The notes under the pieces: model-generated
The model's input: the letters and a program-made list of their open reading frames with translations, nothing else
Database searches by the model: none
What the model was told of the DNA's origin: nothing
From: Verrucomicrobiota bacterium
Lineage (GTDB): Bacteria > Verrucomicrobiota > Verrucomicrobiia > Limisphaerales > Palsa-1400
Assembly: GCA_049510745.1 (NCBI GenBank)
Contig: JBEKYR010000014.1
Coordinates: 50,669-114,668 of the forward strand
Length of the DNA: 64,000 nt
Reading direction: 5' to 3'
Program-made: the position numbers and the translations under genes
Shown: positions 36,681-45,293 of the stretch, one piece after another
Position numbering within the stretch: the stretch's first letter is position 1
Layout: every line of letters begins with the position of its first letter

Positions 36681-39278
36681 TCAGCGCACCATCACCACGT
36701 AATCGAGCGTCTGGCCGGGCAGTTTCAGTTTTTCGCCGGGGGCAACGTCGCGGCTCCAAAGTTCGGCGCAGGCCCGGTTGAGCAGATGATCGCGCCAGAC
36801 AGCCTCGGTGGCACTGGCCTTAAACCCGGCGGCGGCGAGCGACTCTCGCAATGCTTGCGCCGCGCCTGCGATAGCCGGATCCGGCTGCTTCAGCGTCACG
36901 GTCGGATAAGCACCGGTCGAGAAGAGCACAAAAACCGTTGCGCCTTTGGCGGACGGGTTGATGCGGAACGCCAGATCGGTTTTGAGCTTGGGGTCGCTCA
37001 GGCGGCGCGTGGCGATCCATTCCGCGCCTTCAACCTCCTTGGGCAGCAGGTCAAATGTGTTGTCCGAGGAACCATCGACATCGGAATAAACCGGCCCTTG
37101 CGACTCGACTGGACGGTCGATGAAGCAGGCGGGATTGTCCGCATTCGAACTCTGCAAGTCCTGCACCAAGGCGGTGGAATCCGGCGCACCCGCCGGTTCC
37201 TGGTAAATAATCATGCGGTCGCTGTGCCCGCGGCCGTCGCCAACCTCGACCACGTTTCGGCCCGGCTTGAGCGGCGTTTTCCAGAAGAACACGTTCGCCA
37301 CCGGGATGCCGGGCACAAGCATCACCGTCCCGTCCTTCTTTTTCATCCCGGAATCCGGGATGCGATAAGTGCCGTTGGTGATTGTTTCCCGGGGGACTCC
37401 GTTCAGAGTCAACTGCAATTCGTCGGAGTTGGAGTAAGCCTTTATGCCATCGTCCGGCGCAAAGGCGCGCAGAAAGTGGTGGCGCCCGCAAAGATGCACC
37501 ACCGGCTTGGCGGGATTGAAAAAGGCCTGAAACAAAAAGGAGAGGTCCTTCGGCATGCCCGCCAGGGTAAGCAAGCCCTTGGTGTTGCGATTGTTTTTGA
37601 ACTTCAAGTTGTAGAACTCGCGGAAGTTCCACCAGAGGAACATGGGGCGATTGCGGACGTCATCGCGGCAGACGGTCTGGAGCCGATACTCGGTAAACAT
37701 CTCCGCGTACTCCTCCGGCTCGAATTTATCCACCGACCACTTGATAGTGCCGTAGGGAACGTGGTGGGTGATCCAATCGCCCGCGCCGGTCTCGGAAACG
37801 ATGGCATTGCGCGGCAATTTTGTGAAATCGGTATAGGGGCCGCTGGTGTACCAGCCATCGTAGGTGTTGTTCGCCACAAAATCGCAGTTCCGGGGTTCCT
37901 TGTCATTGGCGGCGTAAGTGACCAGGCGCGTGGGGTCCTGTTCCTGCCGGATCACGCTGGCGTAGTGGCTCACCACGTCCAGAATGGTTTCGTTGCCGGC
38001 GCTCCAAAAAAGGATGCTGGGATGGTTCCAGTTCTGCCGCACCATCTCGCGAGTCAGGCGCTCGCCGTCGGGCGTAACGGTTTTTTCCTCGTTGCCCGGG
38101 TCTTTCCAAACCTGCCCGGCGTAGCCGTTCTCAGCCCACACCGCAATGCCGCGCTCGTCCGCCAGGTCGTATTCCAGGTGGCTGTGCGGATAATGCGGCA
38201 ACCGCACCATGTTCACCCCCAGATCGGCCATCCATTGCCATTCGCGGCGCAACTCGTCATCGCTCACCGCGTTCCAGGCGTATTCGTTTTGCGCGTGCTT
38301 GTTGACGCCGCGAAACTGCGCCTCGCGCCCGTTGAGGAAAAAGTGTTTGTCTTTGAACTCGATGGAGCGCAGACCGACGCGCTCGGTCACAGCGTCACTC
38401 ACCTGGCCGCCCACGTTGATTTCAGTGCGAACCGTATAAAGATTGGGCTGCCCGATATCCCAAAGTTTGGGATGGTCGATTCTTCCCGCCGCCTTGATCG
38501 CGGCCGTTTCTCCGGCGGGAATGGTTTGTTTGGCCTCGAATGGCGCGCCAGCCGCGCCGCCGGGGTCGGTGACAAAATGGCGGACCACCACCTCGACGGG
38601 CGCGGCGAGGGGGTTGCGCACGAACGTCAGCGCGTTAAGATCGGCGCCGGCCGCCGTCACGCCGGCTGGTGTCAAATAAACGCCACTCGAACCCATATCC
38701 GGGAAAATATGCACCGCGCCGGTTTTCACCAGCCAGGCCTTGCGGAACATGCCGCCATTGACGTAGTAAAGCGAGGAACGCGAAAAGCAGTTCCGCGCTT
38801 CGCTGTCGCGGTTGCTCACGCGCACGGCCAGGGTGTTGGTTGGGGCGATTTTCAGCGCCGGGGTCAGGTCGAAGGCCGACGCCGAAAACGCGCCCTTGTG
38901 CCGGCCGATGAACCGGCCATTGACGAAGACGTCTTTGACCGAGGCAGCGCCTTCCAGCAACAGATACACACGCTTGTTCCGGTCGGCCTCGGTCAGACTT
39001 ATGATCTGGCGATACCAACCGGCAGCGTTGTCGGGCAAGCCAGACTGGCGAAAGACATGCGGAACAGCGATCTGCTTCCACTCCGCCGTCGTCGGTGGCT
39101 GGACCGCCATCGCATTGGTTTCGCCATCTTCGACAAACTCCCAAGTCGTCAGTGGAATAGACTCGCGCGGGGATTTTGCGGCCAAATCAGAGGCGCCGGC
39201 TGAGGCGAGAGACAATATAAAAAGGCACGCCAGCCCCGGCATCGTGATTAGGACGTTTGCGAGTTGTTTCGATCTCAT
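36681..39278 (-). CDS. Glycoside hydrolase family 2 (beta-galactosidase/glucuronidase-like), exported
   Basis: GVNKH, VRLPHYPH, NHPSILFWSAGNE (acid/base), VSETG (nucleophile). Start uncertain. Confidence 0.88.
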   Translation of the reverse strand: MRSKQLANVLITMPGLACLFILSLASAGASDLAAKSPRESIPLTTWEFVEDGETNAMAVQPPTTAEWKQIAVPHVFRQSGLPDNAAGWYRQIISLTEADRNKRVYLLLEGAASVKDVFVNGRFIGRHKGAFSASAFDLTPALKIAPTNTLAVRVSNRDSEARNCFSRSSLYYVNGGMFRKAWLVKTGAVHIFPDMGSSGVYLTPAGVTAAGADLNALTFVRNPLAAPVEVVVRHFVTDPGGAAGAPFEAKQTIPAGETAAIKAAGRIDHPKLWDIGQPNLYTVRTEINVGGQVSDAVTERVGLRSIEFKDKHFFLNGREAQFRGVNKHAQNEYAWNAVSDDELRREWQWMADLGVNMVRLPHYPHSHLEYDLADERGIAVWAENGYAGQVWKDPGNEEKTVTPDGERLTREMVRQNWNHPSILFWSAGNETILDVVSHYASVIRQEQDPTRLVTYAANDKEPRNCDFVANNTYDGWYTSGPYTDFTKLPRNAIVSETGAGDWITHHVPYGTIKWSVDKFEPEEYAEMFTEYRLQTVCRDDVRNRPMFLWWNFREFYNLKFKNNRNTKGLLTLAGMPKDLSFLFQAFFNPAKPVVHLCGRHHFLRAFAPDDGIKAYSNSDELQLTLNGVPRETITNGTYRIPDSGMKKKDGTVMLVPGIPVANVFFWKTPLKPGRNVVEVGDGRGHSDRMIIYQEPAGAPDSTALVQDLQSSNADNPACFIDRPVESQGPVYSDVDGSSDNTFDLLPKEVEGAEWIATRRLSDPKLKTDLAFRINPSAKGATVFVLFSTGAYPTVTLKQPDPAIAGAAQALRESLAAAGFKASATEAVWRDHLLNRACAELWSRDVAPGEKLKLPGQTLDYVVMVR

Positions 39279-39417
39279 CTTTGATCGCTTGGCAATCCCG
39301 CTCAGGGTCATCGTCGTTTCGTGGCGCAGGCGCCGGGTCGGCCGCGCGTTCCAGAGAAGGTGTTCCATCATGAAGAGCAGACATTACGTTTAGAGGGATA
39401 AATGTAAATGCTGGATT

Positions 39418-39446
39418 AAAGAAAGACGCCCGCTTGCGCGGGCGTC
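39418..39446 (-). terminator. Intrinsic terminator upstream of the GH2 gene
   Basis: GACGCCCGC-GCAA-GCGGGCGTC-TTTCTTT on the minus strand. Confidence 0.7.
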
Positions 39447-39818
39447 GAATGGTTTTCAAGGGGGGGGATTTACCCCGCCGGGGACTTTGCCACCAAAACC
39501 GACTAAAACCTCAAACCACCGCGGCATCGCCCCGTTGGTTACAAGTCTGTAATAGAAAGTTCCGTGCCATCCGGTATTTAAATTGCACAGAAGATCGTAA
39601 TCGGTTGTGCCATAATTGGTTAGAAATCTGGTCCGTTTGACCCGGAAATCGTGGAGTGGCAAGAAAGCCGACGCGCAGGGCGCAGTTCCTCAGTTTTTCC
39701 CCTATGGCAAGATTCGCCGGATTAACCGTAAGCGTTTGATTTTCAGCGGGATGCGTATGCTGGTTTCCTTGCGAGGCGGCATGGGACGGCGATTGTAAGA
39801 GAATCCGACGCAATCAGC

Positions 39819-41450
39819 CTATTCCCGCCAGCCGCGTATGACCAAAAGGGGAAGGTCCTCGACCGGATTGACCGGCTGGCCGCCCGGAACGGGGATCGAT
39901 ACCAGCCCCCCGCTGAGGGCGTGTGCTTGAATCATCCCGGAAATCTCGAACATCCAACTGGAAAAATATCGCGCGTCCGGCATGTCCATGCCGCCATGAT
40001 ACGGGGGATAGACCGGTTGGGGAGGGCCGGGCGGCGGGGTTTCAAAGACGCCGACAATCCAGAGGGCGTGGCCGGATTGCAGCGTCTTTCGGATAGCCTC
40101 CAGCAACGGGCCGATTGGGTTTTCCGCCTCCATTTGCCGCTTCATCAGGTCGTAGCGATGAATGCGCAACTCGCTCATCGGGGGCAGGGTGACGAAGCGG
40201 CGGGCGTCAAAGTATCGTTGCAGCGAAACGCCGTAATACCACGGCGAAACCAAAATCAAATCGCCCGGCTGCGCGGCTTGCCGCAATTGCGCGGCGACCA
40301 GATCGACGTTGGATTGCCGCAGGCGCGCGCCGCCGTAGCAAGCCGGAAGGCACGCCAGCCCAATGAGCAGCGCCGCGCCGGCGCGCGCCAGGCGGACGGC
40401 CGCGAAGTCGATTCCGCCGAAGATGGCGTCCAGCGCCAACGCCGCCGGGGCGAGCGGCAGCAGGAAATACCAGGCGCGCGGTTCCAGGCCCAGGTTGCGC
40501 AAAAATAGAAGGTACAGCGCCAGGCCCGCGGCGAGAGCGATTCCGTGGTACGCCGTTCCCCGGCCTGGCCGGCGCGCGGCCAGGACAATGGCTGCGGCCA
40601 GGGCCGCCAGGAGCAACGCCGCCCAGACGGGCGTCATCCAGCCGCCGGCGTTGTTGAGCGCCTCGGAAAGGACCTTCGCGATCCGGCTCCAGTGGATTTC
40701 CTGCCGCGAAATGCCGAACCAGGCCTGGGCTTTTTTGATGTTGACAGCATTGGCCAGGAGCGAAACAGCGGCGGCGGCCCCGATGGCGGCGATGCGCGCG
40801 GCCGTTTTCCAGTCGCGCCGCGCCAGGGTCATGGCCCACGCTCCGCAGCAATAGGCGGCCAGAAGGAAGGCGTTTTGATAAAGGCATTGCACGCTCAACA
40901 CCGCCGCCGCAAGGGCGCAGAGCCAGGGGCGCGTCCCTTTGCGCCGCGCAAATTCCCACATCGTGACCGAGGCCAGCAGCGTCAGGGCGATGCCCAAGCC
41001 GTAAGGCCGCATGGAGTCGCCCACCCGCAACGCGAGCGGATTGGCGGCAAAGAGGACCAGCGCCAGCAACGGCGCGCGCGCGCCGAATTTGCGCGCGCCG
41101 AACCAAAACACCGCTAGCGTGCCCACTCCGACCAGGGCGCCAAGCACGCGATAGCTGAAATCGGCGGTCCCTCCGGCCAGCGTCCAGACCCGCGCCAGCG
41201 CGACAAAGAGGGGCGGGAAATTGTCGTATTGCAGATTGCGGCCAATCTCCGCGAGAGACGGCAGGGAGGCGAAACCGATCGTGCCGGCTTCATCGCGCCA
41301 GAGCGGGCCGGCGGAAAAGAGATAGACTCCATGCAGCGCCAGCACCCACAAGCTGGCCAGAAGCGCCACCGCCATTTCCAAGCGGGTCAGGAGGACGGGC
41401 CAGGCAGGCTGCGGGGCGGTGTTCGTGGCGCGTCCCTGACTTTTTCTCAT
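39819..41450 (-). CDS. Multi-TM GT-C fold glycosyltransferase-like protein (ArnT/PMT-like)
   Basis: PLWRDEA motif after TM1, DNFPPLF, MRPYGL, many TM helices and a soluble C-terminal domain. Confidence 0.7.
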   Translation of the reverse strand: MRKSQGRATNTAPQPAWPVLLTRLEMAVALLASLWVLALHGVYLFSAGPLWRDEAGTIGFASLPSLAEIGRNLQYDNFPPLFVALARVWTLAGGTADFSYRVLGALVGVGTLAVFWFGARKFGARAPLLALVLFAANPLALRVGDSMRPYGLGIALTLLASVTMWEFARRKGTRPWLCALAAAVLSVQCLYQNAFLLAAYCCGAWAMTLARRDWKTAARIAAIGAAAAVSLLANAVNIKKAQAWFGISRQEIHWSRIAKVLSEALNNAGGWMTPVWAALLLAALAAAIVLAARRPGRGTAYHGIALAAGLALYLLFLRNLGLEPRAWYFLLPLAPAALALDAIFGGIDFAAVRLARAGAALLIGLACLPACYGGARLRQSNVDLVAAQLRQAAQPGDLILVSPWYYGVSLQRYFDARRFVTLPPMSELRIHRYDLMKRQMEAENPIGPLLEAIRKTLQSGHALWIVGVFETPPPGPPQPVYPPYHGGMDMPDARYFSSWMFEISGMIQAHALSGGLVSIPVPGGQPVNPVEDLPLLVIRGWRE

Positions 41451-41710
41451 AACACCGGGAGCAGCCCAACGGCAAGCCAGAGGAAACATGCCAACAACCC
41501 AAATACAGCGAGCATTTGATGTGTTTTCCAGGACAGGACGCTGACCAAAAAGACAGCCGTCATCAGGACAAGGCAACCGGGGGAAACACCTTCGCGCCCA
41601 AATCGTCCATAAGAATTGTGGGGCCGCCAGAGTCCCATGCTCAAATAGGCAGCGGGAACCAGCGTAAATAGAGCCACTCTTATCACTTTGGACCACGTCG
41701 AGTCTGACAT
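41447..41710 (-). CDS. Small hydrophobic hypothetical protein (87 aa)
   Basis: MSDSTWSKVIRVALFTLVP... with about 3 TM segments. ATGA overlap with the downstream gene. AT-richer than its neighbours. Confidence 0.5.
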   Translation of the reverse strand: MSDSTWSKVIRVALFTLVPAAYLSMGLWRPHNSYGRFGREGVSPGCLVLMTAVFLVSVLSWKTHQMLAVFGLLACFLWLAVGLLPVL

Positions 41711-41739
41711 ACGAGCTGAGTGCGCTTGACTATTATTGA

Positions 41740-42576
41740 TTAAATCAGCCTTTGGTAAAGTTCGGTCAGGCCGCGCTGGCTGAATGGAGCGGCGGCGAGC
41801 AGAACGATGATGGCCAGCACGGGCGCGAAGTCGATCTTGCCGGCTTGCAGCGGCAGCCAGCGCAACGGACGCAGGAGCGCGCGCGCGGTGGCGTTGATGA
41901 AGTTCCACAACGGAAGCTCCCCAAGATAAACGTAGCTGTTGACCAGATAGACCGCCAGGACGGCGACGAGAAAGAACTTGAGAACGAGGTAGGCCGCCAA
42001 ACCGATGACCGCGCCTTGCGCCACGACGTGCCAGAGGGAATGGGCGTTGCGCGATACCAGGCCCACGTTGACAAACAACGGATTGAGCAGGCACCAGGCG
42101 GCGGCGGTGAAAAAGAGCGGCAAGAGCAATTTCATCGCGCCCGGCCAGCGGTCGAGCGCGCCGAGGTGGGCGCGCACCAGGCGCTGGGCGGGATCGGCGT
42201 CGGAGATTTTCCCGTTGAGCCACGAGAGCAGCAAGAGGCAGAGATAAAAAATCCCCAGGGCGACCGCAAAACTCAAGACGGAGAACAAAAGCATCCGCCC
42301 GAACACGTCGCTGCGGAACCAAAAAGTCGTCGGGCCGAGGGGAATGCGCGGGGTCCAATGGAGCGGCTGGCCGACCTGCCAATAAAAGAACGCGCGGACC
42401 GGCAGCAGGAGCAGGAGGGCGGCCAGGTAGCAGGCGCGGGGACGGGGCGGCCCGGCGGGTTTGAGCGTCGAAGCGAGCAAACTGCCCGCCGGCGCCGGGA
42501 TGGCCAGCGGAATGGCGCGCCAGTTCAACCACAGCAACAATCCAACGACGTTTAAAATAAAATCGATCACGCTCAT
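41740..42576 (-). CDS. YggT-family membrane protein (extended)
   Basis: C-terminal LLRPLRWLPLQAGKIDFAPVLAII matches the YGGT pattern. Start MSVIDFIL. Confidence 0.7.
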   Translation of the reverse strand: MSVIDFILNVVGLLLWLNWRAIPLAIPAPAGSLLASTLKPAGPPRPRACYLAALLLLLPVRAFFYWQVGQPLHWTPRIPLGPTTFWFRSDVFGRMLLFSVLSFAVALGIFYLCLLLLSWLNGKISDADPAQRLVRAHLGALDRWPGAMKLLLPLFFTAAAWCLLNPLFVNVGLVSRNAHSLWHVVAQGAVIGLAAYLVLKFFLVAVLAVYLVNSYVYLGELPLWNFINATARALLRPLRWLPLQAGKIDFAPVLAIIVLLAAAPFSQRGLTELYQRLI

Positions 42577-42639
42577 CGCGCGGCTTCGTTTGCGCCCGAT
42601 TGAAATTGTTCGTGGCGGGATTTTCAATGGCAATCTGCT

Positions 42640-42711
42640 GGAGCGGATTTCTGGTGAGACCGGGATTAAGATTAAGATTAAGAGTAGGAGGAGACCCAAA
42701 GAAATGCGCCC
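42640..42711. mobile_element. Minimal 72-bp copy D of the MITE-like family, carrying a (GATTAA)3 microsatellite
   Basis: Ends GAGCGGATTTCT / AGAAATGCGCCC are inverted at 10 of 12 positions. Flanked by the direct repeat AATCTGCT (42632-42639, 42712-42719). Confidence 0.65.
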
Positions 42712-42758
42712 AATCTGCTTTTGACACCCGGACGGATGTTGGGTACGTTAGGGGCGAG

Positions 42759-43115
42759 ATGGATACGGCCAAACAGAGCGAGGCGGTGGTGACGCTGACG
42801 GAAAGCGCCGCGGAAGAAATCCGGGCCAAGCTGGCGGCGGACCCGCAAGGGGCGGCCAAGGGTTTGCGCGTTTATGTCGAAAAAGGCGGCTGTTCGGGGC
42901 TGCAATACGGCATGGTTTTCGATGAGCAGCGGCCCGATGACCTGGCGCAGTCGTTTTTTGGCGTCCCGGTCTGGGTGGACCCATTCAGCGCGGATTACCT
43001 TCGGGGGGCGGTGGTGGATTTTTCGGATGCCCTGAGCGGGGGCGGGTTCAAGATCACCAATCCGCGCGCGGCTCAAAGCTGCGGGTGCGGACGGTCCTTT
43101 GAAGCGGCCGGCTGA
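42759..43115 (+). CDS. A-type Fe-S carrier protein (IscA/ErpA/HesB family)
   Basis: GGCSG and NPRAAQSCGCGRSF. Candidate promoter TTGACA-17-TACGTT at 42721-42749. Confidence 0.93.
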   Translation: MDTAKQSEAVVTLTESAAEEIRAKLAADPQGAAKGLRVYVEKGGCSGLQYGMVFDEQRPDDLAQSFFGVPVWVDPFSADYLRGAVVDFSDALSGGGFKITNPRAAQSCGCGRSFEAAG

Positions 43116-43131
43116 AGCCGCGTTTGTCTTT

Positions 43132-43521
43132 ATGCTGAAACACGGCATTCTCAATCCGGCGCTGGCCTCGTTGCTCTGCCGCTTTCGCCATACCAATTGG
43201 CTGGTCATTGCCGACCGCGGTTTTCCGTCCTGGCCGGGGTTGGAAACCGTCGATCTGAGCCTGACCGATGACATCCCGACCGTGCGCCAGGTGCTGGCTG
43301 CTTTGCGGGAAAACTACAGCATCAGCGCGGCGCTGATGGCGGCGGAGGTCAAACGGGAGAACGACGCCAAAGTGTTGGCCGGGTATCAAGCCCTGCTGCC
43401 GTCGGCCCGGATTGAGTTCCTGCCCCACGTTGCGTTCAAGAAACGCGTCCCGGCCGCCATCGGCCTCATCCGCACCGGCGACACAACGCAATACGGAAAC
43501 ATCCTGATCCAGTCGGGATAA
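43132..43521 (+). CDS. RbsD/FucU family sugar pyranase/mutarotase
   Basis: GILNP...HTNWLVIADRGFP and IRTGDTTQYGNIL. Confidence 0.85.
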   Translation: MLKHGILNPALASLLCRFRHTNWLVIADRGFPSWPGLETVDLSLTDDIPTVRQVLAALRENYSISAALMAAEVKRENDAKVLAGYQALLPSARIEFLPHVAFKKRVPAAIGLIRTGDTTQYGNILIQSG

Positions 43522-43525
43522 CTCT

Positions 43526-43577
43526 TCAAACCAACTCCGGCTCCTCGATTTGGCGGGGCGGCGGGGAGAGGGGGGCG
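43526..43577 (-). repeat. Displaced duplicate of the last 16 codons plus stop of the kamA-family gene (att-like direct repeat)
   Basis: 47 of 52 nt identical to 43971-44022. Confidence 0.85.
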
Positions 43578-43637
43578 TGATTGGCTGGTATTCACACGCC
43601 GCTTGATTGGAGCGACGGTTTGTGGATAATTGTCAAT

Positions 43638-43874
43638 ATGAGCGCACAGGAAGTCAGTGAGCAACTGGAAGCATTGCCCGCAGCCCAACGGGTGGAAGTT
43701 CTGAAACGGGCGCTGGCCGGGCTTTGCCCCCAAAGCAGCAAGGCGATCGAGCGATTGTGCCGGCGCCTGGAGAATCCGGACATTCCGGAAGACGTGTGGC
43801 GCGGCATTGAGGAGGCGGAAGACGGACGGTTGATTGACTTGGATGAGGCCTTGACGGAATTGGATCGGCCTTGA
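43638..43874 (+). CDS. Putative antitoxin / addiction-module protein
   Basis: 78 aa with an acidic C-terminus RGIEEAEDGRLIDLDEAL. Overlaps the start of a RelE-like fragment. Confidence 0.6.
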   Translation: MSAQEVSEQLEALPAAQRVEVLKRALAGLCPQSSKAIERLCRRLENPDIPEDVWRGIEEAEDGRLIDLDEALTELDRP

Positions 43875-43970
43875 ACGCCCGTGTTTTCAAGACGACGCCG
43901 CAATTCCGCCGCGCCTTGCGGAGCCTCTCACCTGACCAAAAGAAGGCCGCCAAAGCGGCCTTTCAACCTG
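43871..43970 (+). pseudogene. Truncated RelE/ParE-like toxin (N-terminal ~32 codons)
   Basis: MNARVFKTTPQFRRALRSLSPDQKKAAKAAFQ resembles RelE N-termini. The frame then runs into the antisense of the kamA 3' end. Confidence 0.55.
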
Positions 43971-45212
43971 TCAAACCAGTTCCGGCTCCTCGATTTCCCG
44001 GGGCGGCGGCGAGAGGGGGGCGCCGCCGGCGTCTTCCGGATATTCAAATATCCTGCCCTCGAAATTGCGCAGGACAAGGCGGTCGTTGTTGCGGCTCAGG
44101 ACGTAATCGGAATTGACCGGCACTTTGCCGCCGCCGCCGGGAGCGTCAATAACATATTGCGGGACGGCGTAGCCGGTGGTGTGGCCGCGCAGGCTCTGCA
44201 TGATCTCGATTCCCCGGCGCACGCTGGAGCGCAAATGGGCCGAGCCGCTGATCAGATCGCATTGATAAATGTAGTAGGGCTTGACCCGGCAGATGAGCAA
44301 TTTCTGCATGAGCGCGCGCATCACCACCGGATCGTCGTTGACGTCGCGCAGCAGAACGGATTGGTTGCCCAGCGGAATGCCGGCGTCGGCCAGCCGCCCC
44401 AGGGCGTCGCGCACCTCGGTCGTCAACTCGCGCGGGTGATTGGAGTGGATGCTGATAAAGAGCGGGTGGTATTTCCGCAACATGGCGCACAACTCCGGCG
44501 TGATGCGTTGCGGCAGGAAAACGGGAATGCGCGTGCCGATGCGCAGGAATTCGACGTGCGGGATGGCGCGCAGCCGCCCCAACAAAAACTCCAGCTTCTC
44601 GTCGCTCAACAAGAACGGATCGCCCCCGCTCAACAGGACGTCGCGGATGGCGGTGTGCTGGCGGACGTACTCGATTTGGCGGTCGAACTCCGGATGGAAA
44701 TCGTAGCCGGCGGCATTGCTCACCATGCGCGAGCGGGTGCAATACCGGCAATAAGCCGCGCAGCGGTCGGTCACCAGAAAGAGCACGCGGTCGGGATAGC
44801 GATGCACCAGACCGGGCACCGGCGAATGCGAATCCTCCCCGCACGGATCGCTCATTTCCCACGGAGCGGTGAAGGTTTCCTCGACGCGCGGCACGACCTG
44901 GCGGCGGATCGGGCAACGGTCGTCGGCCGCGTCAATAAGATTGAAAAAGTAAGGGGTGATGGCGAGGGCCAGCTTGTGATTGGCCAGGAGGGTGCCTTCG
45001 TGTTCTTCGGGCGTGAGCGTGGGCAGGAAGCGCTGCAACTGCGCCAGGGACGTGATGCGGTGCTTGAGCTGCCAGCGCCAGTCGTTCCAATCCTCCGGGC
45101 GGACATCGCTCCAGAAGCCTCTGCCGGCGGAATGGAAGGTTTTCAGGGAGTGGAGTCGCGCGGAGTCAAGCTCATCCGTCTCCGCCTGCCCGTCAAAGAT
45201 GTGACTTTGCAT
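43971..45212 (-). CDS. KamA family radical SAM/PLP enzyme (lysine 2,3-aminomutase-like)
   Basis: HRYPDRVLFL, CAAYCRYCTR, SGGDP, NQSVLL, APGGGGKVP. Candidate promoter TTGACA-16-TATAGT at 45221-45248. Confidence 0.92.
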   Translation of the reverse strand: MQSHIFDGQAETDELDSARLHSLKTFHSAGRGFWSDVRPEDWNDWRWQLKHRITSLAQLQRFLPTLTPEEHEGTLLANHKLALAITPYFFNLIDAADDRCPIRRQVVPRVEETFTAPWEMSDPCGEDSHSPVPGLVHRYPDRVLFLVTDRCAAYCRYCTRSRMVSNAAGYDFHPEFDRQIEYVRQHTAIRDVLLSGGDPFLLSDEKLEFLLGRLRAIPHVEFLRIGTRIPVFLPQRITPELCAMLRKYHPLFISIHSNHPRELTTEVRDALGRLADAGIPLGNQSVLLRDVNDDPVVMRALMQKLLICRVKPYYIYQCDLISGSAHLRSSVRRGIEIMQSLRGHTTGYAVPQYVIDAPGGGGKVPVNSDYVLSRNNDRLVLRNFEGRIFEYPEDAGGAPLSPPPREIEEPELV

Positions 45213-45293
45213 TTTTACGCACTATAAATGTGATCGGCTTCGTGTCAAGCGGCGGGGAAAGGGGGGTTGACGTTGGGGGCAGGGGCCGCCCGA

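Noticed and set aside
39782..39796. Plus-strand sigma54-like motif TGGGACGGCGATTGT
   Set aside because: It has two mismatches and points into the 3' end of a convergent gene, with nothing to transcribe.
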